A stretch of 63,939 bases of DNA, taken from contig JBGGMM010000167.1 in the NCBI GenBank assembly GCA_041288045.1, forward strand, positions 1-63,939, written 5' to 3'. Below the pieces are notes generated by a model. The model did not search any database, had not been told where the DNA came from, and saw only the letters and a program-made list of their open reading frames with translations. Source of the DNA: Pseudobdellovibrionaceae bacterium (GTDB lineage Bacteria > Bdellovibrionota > Bdellovibrionia > Bdellovibrionales > Bdellovibrionaceae). The number at the start of each line of letters is the position of its first letter. Position 1 is the first letter of the stretch. A program made the position numbers and the translations under genes. Positions 56,542 to 63,939 of the stretch are shown here, one piece after another.

Positions 56542-57877
56542 AAGCTTTTTGAGCTCTGTCCACCTGACGGAGCTTTTTTAATTTTTTATCTCGAATTTTT
56601 TTGCCGTTTTCCTCTTTCAAATCCCGGAAGAGACCAAAATTCACATTGGTCGGTTGAAAGTGCTCGGCGCGCGACGGATCTGTGATCGCTTCAAGCAAAG
56701 AGCCCATCATTGAATCTCGGGGCGGAGGCACAAACTTTTCGTTGTGTCTGATTTTTTGATCCAAGAATCGAGCCACAAGAAGGCCAATGCTGGTGGATTC
56801 AAAATAACCTTCAACTCCAGTGATTTGGCCTGCGAAAAAAAGCCAGGGATCTTTTTGGCTGGAGAGATCCTTGTTCAATCGGCGGGGAGAATTGATAAAA
56901 AGATTTCGGTGAATGCTTCCAAGCTTCAGGAACTCGGCTTTCTCAAGACCTGGGATCATTCGAAAGACCCTCGCTTGCTCGCCGTAAGCCATGCGGGTTT
57001 GAAATCCCACCATATTATATGCCGTGCCCTCTTTGTTGTCCTGACGAAGCTGAACAATGGCGTGCATTTCGCGGCCAGTTTTCGGATTTCGAAGACCCAC
57101 AGGTTTCATCGGACCGAAACGAAGTGTCTCTGGACCGCGAGCCACCATGGTTTCAATCGGCATGCAGCCTTCAAAAAAAGCGGTCGTTTCAAAATGCTTG
57201 GGTTCGATTTTTTGGGCTGATTCGATTTCACGGATCAAGGTTTCATACTGCTCACGATTCAAAGGGCAGTTGATGTAATCGGGAGTGCCCTTGTCGTAGC
57301 GATCAGCTTTCCAGGCAATGTCCATATCAATGGAATCCGCATCAATGATAGGAGCGATGGCATCAAAGAAATACAAGAATTCGTCGCCGAAATGTTTTTG
57401 CAGGCTTTCTGACAATTGCAAATGGGTGAGGGGACCTGTCGCAATGACGGCCGGCCTTGGGATCTGATCGAGAGATTCAACACATTCTGAATGAAGTCGA
57501 ATTCGAGGACTGGATTTCACTTGCGCAGTGACAGCTCGGGCAAAAACCTCGCGGTCCATTCCAAGCGCTTGACCTGCGGGAACTTGGGCTTCAAGAGCGG
57601 CACGAAGGACGTGACTTCCCAAAGCCTGGGCTTCCCATTTCAGTTGAGCTGGGGCGGAGCCATGGGAAAGGCTGCCAAAGGAATTGGAGCAAACTAATTC
57701 GCCCAAATGCGGGGTTTTGTGAGCTTCAGTCATAACCAGGGGACGCATTTCATACAAATCAACTAGATAGCCCATTTTGGCGAGCTGCAAAGCGCACTCA
57801 CTGCCAGCAAGTCCGCCACCCACGACAGTGATGGGTTTTTGGCCGGTTGCGATTTGATGGACAAGCTCTGGTGTCAT
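56456..57877 (-). CDS. trmFO: Methylenetetrahydrofolate--tRNA-(uracil54-C5)-methyltransferase
   Basis: ITVVGGGLAGSECALQLA FAD motif. Conserved GQITGVEGY and FAGQ blocks. Start trimmed to ATG 57877. Confidence 0.9.
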   Translation of the reverse strand: MTPELVHQIATGQKPITVVGGGLAGSECALQLAKMGYLVDLYEMRPLVMTEAHKTPHLGELVCSNSFGSLSHGSAPAQLKWEAQALGSHVLRAALEAQVPAGQALGMDREVFARAVTAQVKSSPRIRLHSECVESLDQIPRPAVIATGPLTHLQLSESLQKHFGDEFLYFFDAIAPIIDADSIDMDIAWKADRYDKGTPDYINCPLNREQYETLIREIESAQKIEPKHFETTAFFEGCMPIETMVARGPETLRFGPMKPVGLRNPKTGREMHAIVQLRQDNKEGTAYNMVGFQTRMAYGEQARVFRMIPGLEKAEFLKLGSIHRNLFINSPRRLNKDLSSQKDPWLFFAGQITGVEGYFESTSIGLLVARFLDQKIRHNEKFVPPPRDSMMGSLLEAITDPSRAEHFQPTNVNFGLFRDLKEENGKKIRDKKLKKLRQVDRAQKAFSQWLQEQGWAQDQGHGLKFLSAEQPQV

Positions 57878-58289
57878 GTTTAAACCTTCAATTGTGGCGA
57901 ACAAGAAAAAGACCAATCTCAGTGCTAGTTCCGACGTCCTACAGGCCCTTTTTGAAAATGGCAAGTCAGAGCTCTCGGTTCAGTTTATCCGTTGGAAATT
58001 ATGGAAAAAATGGACTGAATATGTGGGCCCCACAATGGCGCAAATCAGTGAGCCCGTCGGCTATCGCCGAGGTGTGCTGTTTGTCTGGGTGAAAAATTCG
58101 TCATGGATGCAGCAATTGGTTTTCATGCGAGAGCCAATGAAAGATGCCATCAATAAAAAACTGCAGCAAAGCTACGTCCGTGAAATTCACCTGACCATGG
58201 ATCGCAAATCCGTTCCTGCAGATGCTTTGGCCTCCAATGAGCTGAAAGAATCCATCTCTCAGCTGATGAAAGAAGAAGAAGGGGAATGA
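57876..58289 (+). CDS. dciA: DUF721-family protein (DciA-like, possible replicative-helicase loader)
   Basis: Pattern W..W..YVGP..A..S.P..YRRGVLFVWVKNSSWMQQL.F....M...IN, typical of DUF721. 137 aa. Confidence 0.65.
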   Translation: MFKPSIVANKKKTNLSASSDVLQALFENGKSELSVQFIRWKLWKKWTEYVGPTMAQISEPVGYRRGVLFVWVKNSSWMQQLVFMREPMKDAINKKLQQSYVREIHLTMDRKSVPADALASNELKESISQLMKEEEGE

Positions 58290-59170
58290 CGGGCGCCTTT
58301 CCATTGATTATGAGCTCGGCAAAGCAGCTGTAAATTTTCAATTTCATGAGTTCCACCTTGAGCCAGCGGTACAATGTGATCAATTTCCAACCAAAATTTA
58401 GATTCACATCTTTTTCCGGAATTTGGATTTTTATAACAGCATTGGCCTCGAGATTTTTTCCAGACCATTTGCTTGAGGTTTTTAGGGAGATAAGTCCGCT
58501 GGCCAGGAGTTGCCATTTTTTTATTTGTCTGCCGACGCCCTTGTTTGGCAGAAAATGGATCAAGTCGAGTCAGAGTTTCATCGGCCATCCACTGAATTGC
58601 CTCTGTATAGCTGGCATTTGAAATCTTGTGGGAGATGATTGACCTAATCAAATTCAACTTTTCTAGATGTTCGTTGCCAATGAATATTTTGATCTCAGTC
58701 ATATCTCCATTAATTGCACGAACTCTTTCTTTTGTATTTACTGATTGGGGAGTTTTTTCGATGAGGATCTTTTCACATTCTTGAATTGTTTTGTTGTGAA
58801 GTTGAGAAAAAAGTTCCTTTCGATCTTCGGGTGTTGGTTTTACTCTCGAATTCTTTTCTTCTGACGAAAGAAAGCCTTGTGCCTTTGCGACGACTGCTAA
58901 TGAAAGAGTCCCATCCAGTAGTGCAGGCCCGATTTGCGGTGTTTCTCGTCGAGCTCTCATAGCTTGAATTCTTCTGTAGGCAGAGGACTCTGAGTATTTA
59001 AGTTCCTGCAAACAAAACATCAGAAGACTTGGATATCCCAGCTCAAGATAAGCCTTTCGATTTTCGACCTCTTCAAGAAGGTCTAAAACCTGACTCGTGA
59101 TCTTTCTTTCGCTTTGAACAAGATTCCTGAGAGTCCGAACAAGATCCGATGAACTGATTTTTGAAAGCAT
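58259..59170 (-). CDS. HNH endonuclease-domain protein (DUF222-like N-terminal region)
   Basis: C-terminal HNH motif C..........EIDHIVPLAQGGTHEIENLQLLCRAHN. Start trimmed to ATG 59170. Gene is ~28-37% GC on spot counts. Confidence 0.8.
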   Translation of the reverse strand: MLSKISSSDLVRTLRNLVQSERKITSQVLDLLEEVENRKAYLELGYPSLLMFCLQELKYSESSAYRRIQAMRARRETPQIGPALLDGTLSLAVVAKAQGFLSSEEKNSRVKPTPEDRKELFSQLHNKTIQECEKILIEKTPQSVNTKERVRAINGDMTEIKIFIGNEHLEKLNLIRSIISHKISNASYTEAIQWMADETLTRLDPFSAKQGRRQTNKKMATPGQRTYLPKNLKQMVWKKSRGQCCYKNPNSGKRCESKFWLEIDHIVPLAQGGTHEIENLQLLCRAHNQWKGARHSPSSSFIS

Positions 59171-59263
59171 TGAAATCTCCGATGCGATCTCAGTGCATTT
59201 TTGATTCCAGCCCCTCTTCAAAATAAAATGCCAACCAGCCGAAAATTCCGGATTGATACAAGG

Positions 59264-59282
59264 CAACACCACGGTGGTGTTG
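59264..59282 (-). terminator. Hairpin 14 nt downstream of mlaD (possible terminator, no U-tract)
   Basis: CAACACCA / TGGTGTTG 8-bp stem with a 3-nt loop. Confidence 0.3.
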
Positions 59283-59295
59283 CTAAGCGCAAAAC

Positions 59296-60111
59296 CTATT
59301 TTTCTTCGGATTTTTCGATCGAAGAGCGGATCAGAGATTTCATGCCCTTCTTTTTATCGGTGGCGCCGACGATGGATTTCAGAGATTCGTGCAGACTTGG
59401 GTCATTGATCAGCGCCCCTAGAGTGCCATCTCCGCGGTCGATCTTCGTGAGGATTCGATCCAGCTTATCAACTGCTGCTGAAATTTTCTTTGAATCTTGA
59501 GATTTCAAATGAGCGACCACTTCACGACTGTCTTTGGCAGCGGCTTTCAGATCCTGACTGGTTTCAGCGAGATTTTTTAAGATGAGAGTGGTTCGGCCCT
59601 GGTCATTTAAAGTTTTTGAGAATTTATCCAACTCTTTGATGATATCAAAAATTTTTCCGGCTTCGTTGCCTTTTTCGGAAATTACAGCCAAAAGGTCTTT
59701 TTCGTTCACGACTTCAATTTGGTCGCCGTCTTTCATTGGCTTATTTGAAGGAGGACCCGGATTGACGTAAATGAATTTATCGCCAAGTGCTCCTTGAGTT
59801 CGGATTTCAGCTGAGGATCCGTCAGTGATTCGAGAAAGGAATTCGGCGTCGACTTTCATTTCAACCCGGAGTTTATTCTGCTCGGGCAAGAAAATAAATT
59901 TTTCAACATTTCCCACAGTGATCCCAGAGACGGAAACCACACTGCCTTCGCTCAGGCCCTGAACGCTTTCGAAATCAGAATACAGTCTGACGTGAGTTTT
60001 TAAAAGCTGATTGCCACCGACGAGAAAAATGGAGGAAGCCAAAATCACAGCGCCCAATGCAACGAATAGTCCGACTTTCATTTGATGGGAAAGCGGGGCT
60101 CGCGAGGTCAT
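59296..60111 (-). CDS. mlaD: MCE-domain protein (MlaD-like)
   Basis: N-terminal TM helix (VGLFVALGAVILASSIFLVGG) then an MCE fold. Last gene of the E-F-D operon. Confidence 0.82.
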   Translation of the reverse strand: MTSRAPLSHQMKVGLFVALGAVILASSIFLVGGNQLLKTHVRLYSDFESVQGLSEGSVVSVSGITVGNVEKFIFLPEQNKLRVEMKVDAEFLSRITDGSSAEIRTQGALGDKFIYVNPGPPSNKPMKDGDQIEVVNEKDLLAVISEKGNEAGKIFDIIKELDKFSKTLNDQGRTTLILKNLAETSQDLKAAAKDSREVVAHLKSQDSKKISAAVDKLDRILTKIDRGDGTLGALINDPSLHESLKSIVGATDKKKGMKSLIRSSIEKSEEK

Positions 60112-60839
60112 AAAGTCTCTCCTTGCGCAAATTGGGCAATCAGATTGGTTTCTTGCCGTTCGATCTCTTCAACTGTTCCGATGGCTTTCACTCGGCCTTC
60201 CATCAGCATGGCAATGCGATCACAAACCGCGAAAGCGACGGGCATATCATGAGTGACCAAGATCGAAGTCACCCCGGTTGCCTTTAAGCGCAAAATCAAA
60301 TCTTGTATCATTCGAGTGTTGGAAGGATCAAGCCCCGCTGTGGGCTCGTCGTAAAGAATCACTTCGGGTCCCATGATGATGGCGCGGGCCAAGCCCACAC
60401 GTTTTTGCATTCCACCAGAGAGATTTCCAGGAAAAACTTTTTCATTTCCTTTAAGTCCAAAATCTTCGAGTTGCTTGAGAATCTTGTCCTTGATTTGTGT
60501 TTCCGTGAGATTTGTATGTTCGCGAAGCGGATAGGCCAGGTTGTCATAAACAGTCATTGAATCAAAAAGCGCTCCGCCCTGAAAAGCATAGGCCATTCTT
60601 TTCCTGACTTTGAAAAGTTGGTTTTCGCTCATTTCATGGATTTTGATTCCATCGAAAATCACTTCGCCAATATCGGGCCTCTCAAGACCGATGAGGCTGC
60701 GAAGCAAAACTGACTTTCCTGTTCCAGAGCCACCGAGAAGCCCCAGACATTCCCCTTTACGAACAGTGAAATTCACGCCCTTGTGGACTTGCTTGTCACC
60801 GAACTTTTTTTCAAAATTTCTCACTGTAATCAAGTCCAT
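60108..60839 (-). CDS. mlaF: ABC transporter ATP-binding protein (MlaF-like)
   Basis: Walker A GGSGTGKS, signature LSGGMQKRVGLARA, Walker B ILYDEPTAGLD. Confidence 0.88.
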   Translation of the reverse strand: MDLITVRNFEKKFGDKQVHKGVNFTVRKGECLGLLGGSGTGKSVLLRSLIGLERPDIGEVIFDGIKIHEMSENQLFKVRKRMAYAFQGGALFDSMTVYDNLAYPLREHTNLTETQIKDKILKQLEDFGLKGNEKVFPGNLSGGMQKRVGLARAIIMGPEVILYDEPTAGLDPSNTRMIQDLILRLKATGVTSILVTHDMPVAFAVCDRIAMLMEGRVKAIGTVEEIERQETNLIAQFAQGETL

Positions 60840-61609
60840 GTTTCAATGATCCAAAAAAGTTTGGTTAAAAAGAAATCTCCGACCAGAACCAAAATCGACG
60901 AAGTGACAACGGCTTTCGTGGTGGCAATCCCAACCCCTGTTGTGCCGTTTTTGACATTGAGCCCAAGGTAACAAGAAGGAATGGCAATGAAAAGAGCGAA
61001 GAAAAAGGATTTTCCAAAACCTGAAAGGTAATCGCTGATCGCCAGATTGTTGAGCGATTTCAGAATGTAAAATTGGGCATCCAGATTGAGCTCGGTCACT
61101 CCGATTGCCAATCCGCCAAGGAAACTGACAAAATTGGCAAAGGCAATCAAAAGGGGAATAGCAATAAAACATCCAATCACTCGTGGGATGACAATTTTTT
61201 GAATCGGCGATGTCCCCATGGCACGAATAGCATCGATTTGCTGAGTCACTACCATCGAGCCGATTTCAGAGGCAATTCCAGCACCTACTCGAGCGGCAAC
61301 CATGAGGGCTGTGAAGACGGGGCCCATTTCACGGAGAATCGAGACAGTCACAAGGCGAGGGACATAGAGAGTTCCACCAAACCTTTGAAGACCCAATCCA
61401 AACTGCAAAGCCATCACGGCTCCAGTACAGATGGCAGTCACAAGTACTAAAGGCAAAGAGCGATGTCCAATTTGAAAAATCTGTTCAATGATCAGATTCA
61501 AAGAATTCCCTTTGCGAAAAAACTGTCGAAAGACATCTCTCGCGAGGAGGCCGATTCCACCAAGAAAGTTCAGAAATTCGCGAAAAGAATCAGCCAAAGT
61601 CTGGTTCAT
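60830..61609 (-). CDS. mlaE: ABC transporter permease (MlaE-like)
   Basis: 259-aa multi-TM protein with MlaE-family blocks (GVGIATTKAVV, EIGPVFTALMVAGR-like REMGPVFTALMVAARVGAG). Confidence 0.85.
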   Translation of the reverse strand: MNQTLADSFREFLNFLGGIGLLARDVFRQFFRKGNSLNLIIEQIFQIGHRSLPLVLVTAICTGAVMALQFGLGLQRFGGTLYVPRLVTVSILREMGPVFTALMVAARVGAGIASEIGSMVVTQQIDAIRAMGTSPIQKIVIPRVIGCFIAIPLLIAFANFVSFLGGLAIGVTELNLDAQFYILKSLNNLAISDYLSGFGKSFFFALFIAIPSCYLGLNVKNGTTGVGIATTKAVVTSSILVLVGDFFLTKLFWIIETWT

Positions 61610-62115
61610 GGCACACGAAATCCGCGAAGAAAGTTTTCAAACGTGGACCGGTCTCTTTCAAAGCCTTTGGCTCTCCCGACGTAGGTCAAAGTGTAGGCAC
61701 AGGAATTTTTCTTGAAAGTCAGAACATCCATTTTCACAGGAATTCCATCCACGGTGCCTTCGGCAAGGGATCGTCTGGCGGCCCGGGCCTCAAATTGAAG
61801 CTCTTTGCTTTCAGTGATTTGGTAACTATTGAGAGCTTGAATCGTCTCTCCCTCAAGAGCAATCAAACTGGGGTCTCGGCTCTCGCTGCATTCGGAAAGA
61901 ACGGCAATGGTATTGCCAGTGTCAGGATTGAGCCAAGCCTGATCCGTTTGCTTGTCTTTCATTTCCTGAAAGGGTTTTGCTGGTTCAGCGAAAGTATAGC
62001 TTTCAGATTTTGTCGGAGATTCTGTTTTGAGATCAACGTTGACGCAACCAATGAGTAGCAACAAGTTTGAAAGCAGCAAGAATTTGAAATTTGGATGGTT
62101 CATAGCAAAAAACAT
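61606..62115 (-). CDS. Hypothetical lipoprotein, first gene of the Mla-like operon
   Basis: Lipobox LLLIGCVN. ATGA overlap with the mlaE start. No recognisable family. Confidence 0.55.
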   Translation of the reverse strand: MFFAMNHPNFKFLLLSNLLLLIGCVNVDLKTESPTKSESYTFAEPAKPFQEMKDKQTDQAWLNPDTGNTIAVLSECSESRDPSLIALEGETIQALNSYQITESKELQFEARAARRSLAEGTVDGIPVKMDVLTFKKNSCAYTLTYVGRAKGFERDRSTFENFLRGFRVP

Positions 62116-62329
62116 ATCGGCAGCTTAACTGCTTAGAATGAGAAGGAAAAAGAAGAATTTAGTCTTTCATCGAGCGTCAGAGCTTTGTCAGGCCTGACAG
62201 AAAAATGTGTGCAGAAATTTCCCAGGCTCAGATTAATTTGCCCGGACGGTCCATTTGCGATGGCATCAATTCTGCTTTCTCTCAAAGTAGACCTTGCTTT
62301 CTTAAAAAGTCGAGTCATGGAGGACTCTC

Positions 62330-63939
62330 TTGCAGATCAAAACTTCGGTTCTGACCACGACACTTGTCTTGCTTCTGGGTGCAAATGCGAAGGCTTTGGT
62401 CCAGGCGCTGATTTCTCAACAAGGGGATACTGTTCACCTCGAATTTGAAGGACAGAATCAGTGGGATTACGATCTTCAGAAAATCGATCAAAAGGGTAAG
62501 ACCATTGTCCAGCTGACTTTGCCAAAAATGGATGAAAAAAGCTCTCAGCAAATCCAAAATTTTTCTCACGCCTTGATTCAAAAGGTCGATGTCAATCCGG
62601 ATGGCCCAGATGGTAAAGTCATCCTCTCCTTTCAAATGAATGGGCAGGGAATTGAGCCATTTGATTATCTCACTGAAAAGCCCTCTCGTTTGATCATTGA
62701 TTTTTACAAAGGTCAGGGATCTTCAGAGAAGCCAGAAAAAAAGAAGACAGCGGTCGCCCCAAAAACAGAAAAAGTAACTCCGCCGCCTCAAGCACTCGCG
62801 GAAAAATCAAAAAAGAAAGTCGACCGGGCGCCTGCTTCCCCAGATGTTCTGGTGATCAATGAGCAGGGACGTCAAGTGAGCTTGAATGACGCCCTGGCAG
62901 GAAAGAAATCTCCGACAGGAAGTATTTTCGATGGCGGAGATCCCAATTTTGAGCGCTTCTCAATTAAAGATTTTGAAATGCGCGAAGAGGCGGTGATCGC
63001 CAGTCGGCACAAAGTCTATTTGGATTTTCCGATGCTCCGAATGCAATCTCCTTATTTCGAGCTCTTGCAAACTCGCAAGCCTGCTTATGAGATTGCTCCT
63101 CAGGACACAGAAGAGAACAAACAAGCTCGTCTTTTGTTAACTTTGTTTGAAAATAAGCGGTATCACGTCTTCTTAAAGACTGTGGATTGGTTTTTTCAAA
63201 AATTTCCTGAATCCCAATATGACGAGATGATGAAATTCATGCTGGCCGATTCACTTTTTGGGATTTGGACAGAATCTCATAAGGCCGAGGATTTTGATTT
63301 GGCGATGCTTCGTTATCGACAGGCTCTGGAAAAGTATCCAGAGTCCCCGCTTTTAGAACGAACAATGATGCTGATGGGATTTGCAACTTTGGATCGCGGA
63401 GATTATTTGGGAACCCTTCGGTTATTTCAGTCCCATCTGCAAAAAAGGCCTCAATCTCCAAATAAAGACATTGCTCGGTTTGCCATTGCTGACTCTTTCT
63501 TGAAAATCAATCGCTATGATGAAGCGACTCAGGTCTACGATGAAATCGAAAAAGACGCATTTCAGGAAAAGGACAAAATCCAAGCAGCTTATCTCAAAGG
63601 GGATGTGGCCCATCAGAAAAAAGATTTCCGTAAAGCCATTGAAGATTATCAGACAGCTTTGAGCAAGTATCCCCAAGCATCTCCTGAATTTCCAAATGCT
63701 ATTTACAATCAGGCCGCCGCTTATTTTGGCCTGAAGGAATATAAAAAGAGCTTGGATTTATACGGAGAATTTATCAAAAAATTTCCGACACATTCAGAAG
63801 CTGGATTTGCAATGACTCGGATTGGAGAGCTGCAGGATATTTTAGGCGCTTCGCCAGAAAAAGTTTTAGGAACTTATTTGGAGACTTATTTTCGCTATGG
63901 AGATTCACCTAGTGCCGTAGTGGCCAGACTTCGAATGCT
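62330..63939 (+). CDS. AMIN-domain + tetratricopeptide-repeat protein (3' end outside the window)
   Basis: The frame is open from TTG 62330 (GGAGGA at 62319-62324) to the window end with no stops. Signal peptide (LTTTLVLLLGANAKA). AMIN-like beta domain (VHLEFEG...LIIDFY), a K/P-rich linker, then TPR-like repeats (Y..A.......Y..A...Y..F...P). Missing from the ORF track because it has no stop. Confidence 0.75.
   Translation, partial: MQIKTSVLTTTLVLLLGANAKALVQALISQQGDTVHLEFEGQNQWDYDLQKIDQKGKTIVQLTLPKMDEKSSQQIQNFSHALIQKVDVNPDGPDGKVILSFQMNGQGIEPFDYLTEKPSRLIIDFYKGQGSSEKPEKKKTAVAPKTEKVTPPPQALAEKSKKKVDRAPASPDVLVINEQGRQVSLNDALAGKKSPTGSIFDGGDPNFERFSIKDFEMREEAVIASRHKVYLDFPMLRMQSPYFELLQTRKPAYEIAPQDTEENKQARLLLTLFENKRYHVFLKTVDWFFQKFPESQYDEMMKFMLADSLFGIWTESHKAEDFDLAMLRYRQALEKYPESPLLERTMMLMGFATLDRGDYLGTLRLFQSHLQKRPQSPNKDIARFAIADSFLKINRYDEATQVYDEIEKDAFQEKDKIQAAYLKGDVAHQKKDFRKAIEDYQTALSKYPQASPEFPNAIYNQAAAYFGLKEYKKSLDLYGEFIKKFPTHSEAGFAMTRIGELQDILGASPEKVLGTYLETYFRYGDSPSAVVARLRM

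Noticed and set aside
62133-62318. 61-aa - strand ORF and 87-aa + strand ORF (62185-62448) in the divergent promoter region upstream of the AMIN-TPR gene
   Set aside because: No RBS and implausible composition. The 62185 ORF is out of frame with, and overlapped by, the well-supported TTG-initiated long ORF.
1-63939. CRISPR arrays, IS elements/transposases, toxin-antitoxin pairs, known defence systems, and sigma-54 promoters (TGGCAC-N5-TTGC)
   Set aside because: Visual scan of both strands found no regularly spaced direct repeats, no transposase, integrase or reverse-transcriptase motifs, and no -24/-12 match. All TGGCAC occurrences lack TTGC at the right spacing and lie inside CDSs. Absence by eye is not proof; dedicated tools should be run.

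Overview
63.9-kb chromosomal window, almost entirely coding: about 58 CDS. I found no rRNA, tRNA, CRISPR array, transposase or integrase. Gene content suggests a Bdellovibrio-like predatory bacterium (inference only): many secreted S1/S8 proteases, a PHB-depolymerase-type esterase, a phage-tail-fibre-like secreted protein, a DciA-type DUF721 gene and a TolB-like propeller. Main blocks, left to right: (1) a Mo-hydroxylase (xanthine-dehydrogenase family) cluster (large-subunit 3' end, 2Fe-2S, FAD, XdhC ... MocA) split by a lipoprotein gene and an 840-aa tail-fibre-like gene. (2) A roughly 10.8-kb gapless string dppABCD-small ORF-dppF-aroB-aroA-aroK/D/E fusion-aroC. (3) On the opposite strand, DAHP synthase, ubiE and a hydrolase, then menF-menD-menH. 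This places all seven shikimate steps and the entry to menaquinone synthesis within 12 kb. (4) Tandem trypsin-like proteases, pip, add, an atypical transketolase, pcnB, and a DEAD-box helicase with an RG-rich tail. (5) A PHB-depolymerase-type esterase, a 1059-aa S8/PA-domain peptidase, a TolB-like protein, mutY and speB. (6) An AT-rich island encoding a eukaryote-style LRR protein. (7) A cNMP-binding/zinc-ribbon protein next to an mpaA-HAD-histidine kinase-NtrC operon. (8) glmU-glmS, mltF, tdk, trmFO, a dciA-like gene, an AT-rich HNH endonuclease gene, a Mla-like operon and a partial AMIN-TPR gene. Most notable: the aroB-aroA-[aroK-aroD-aroE] arrangement is colinear with the eukaryotic AROM polypeptide; the fibre insertion splits the Moco cluster; two GC-rich hairpin-dense intergenic elements share motifs; and two AT-rich islands (LRR, HNH) look acquired. 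I did not recognise a canonical defence or secretion system. All function calls come from motif recognition by eye and need HMM or BLAST confirmation.
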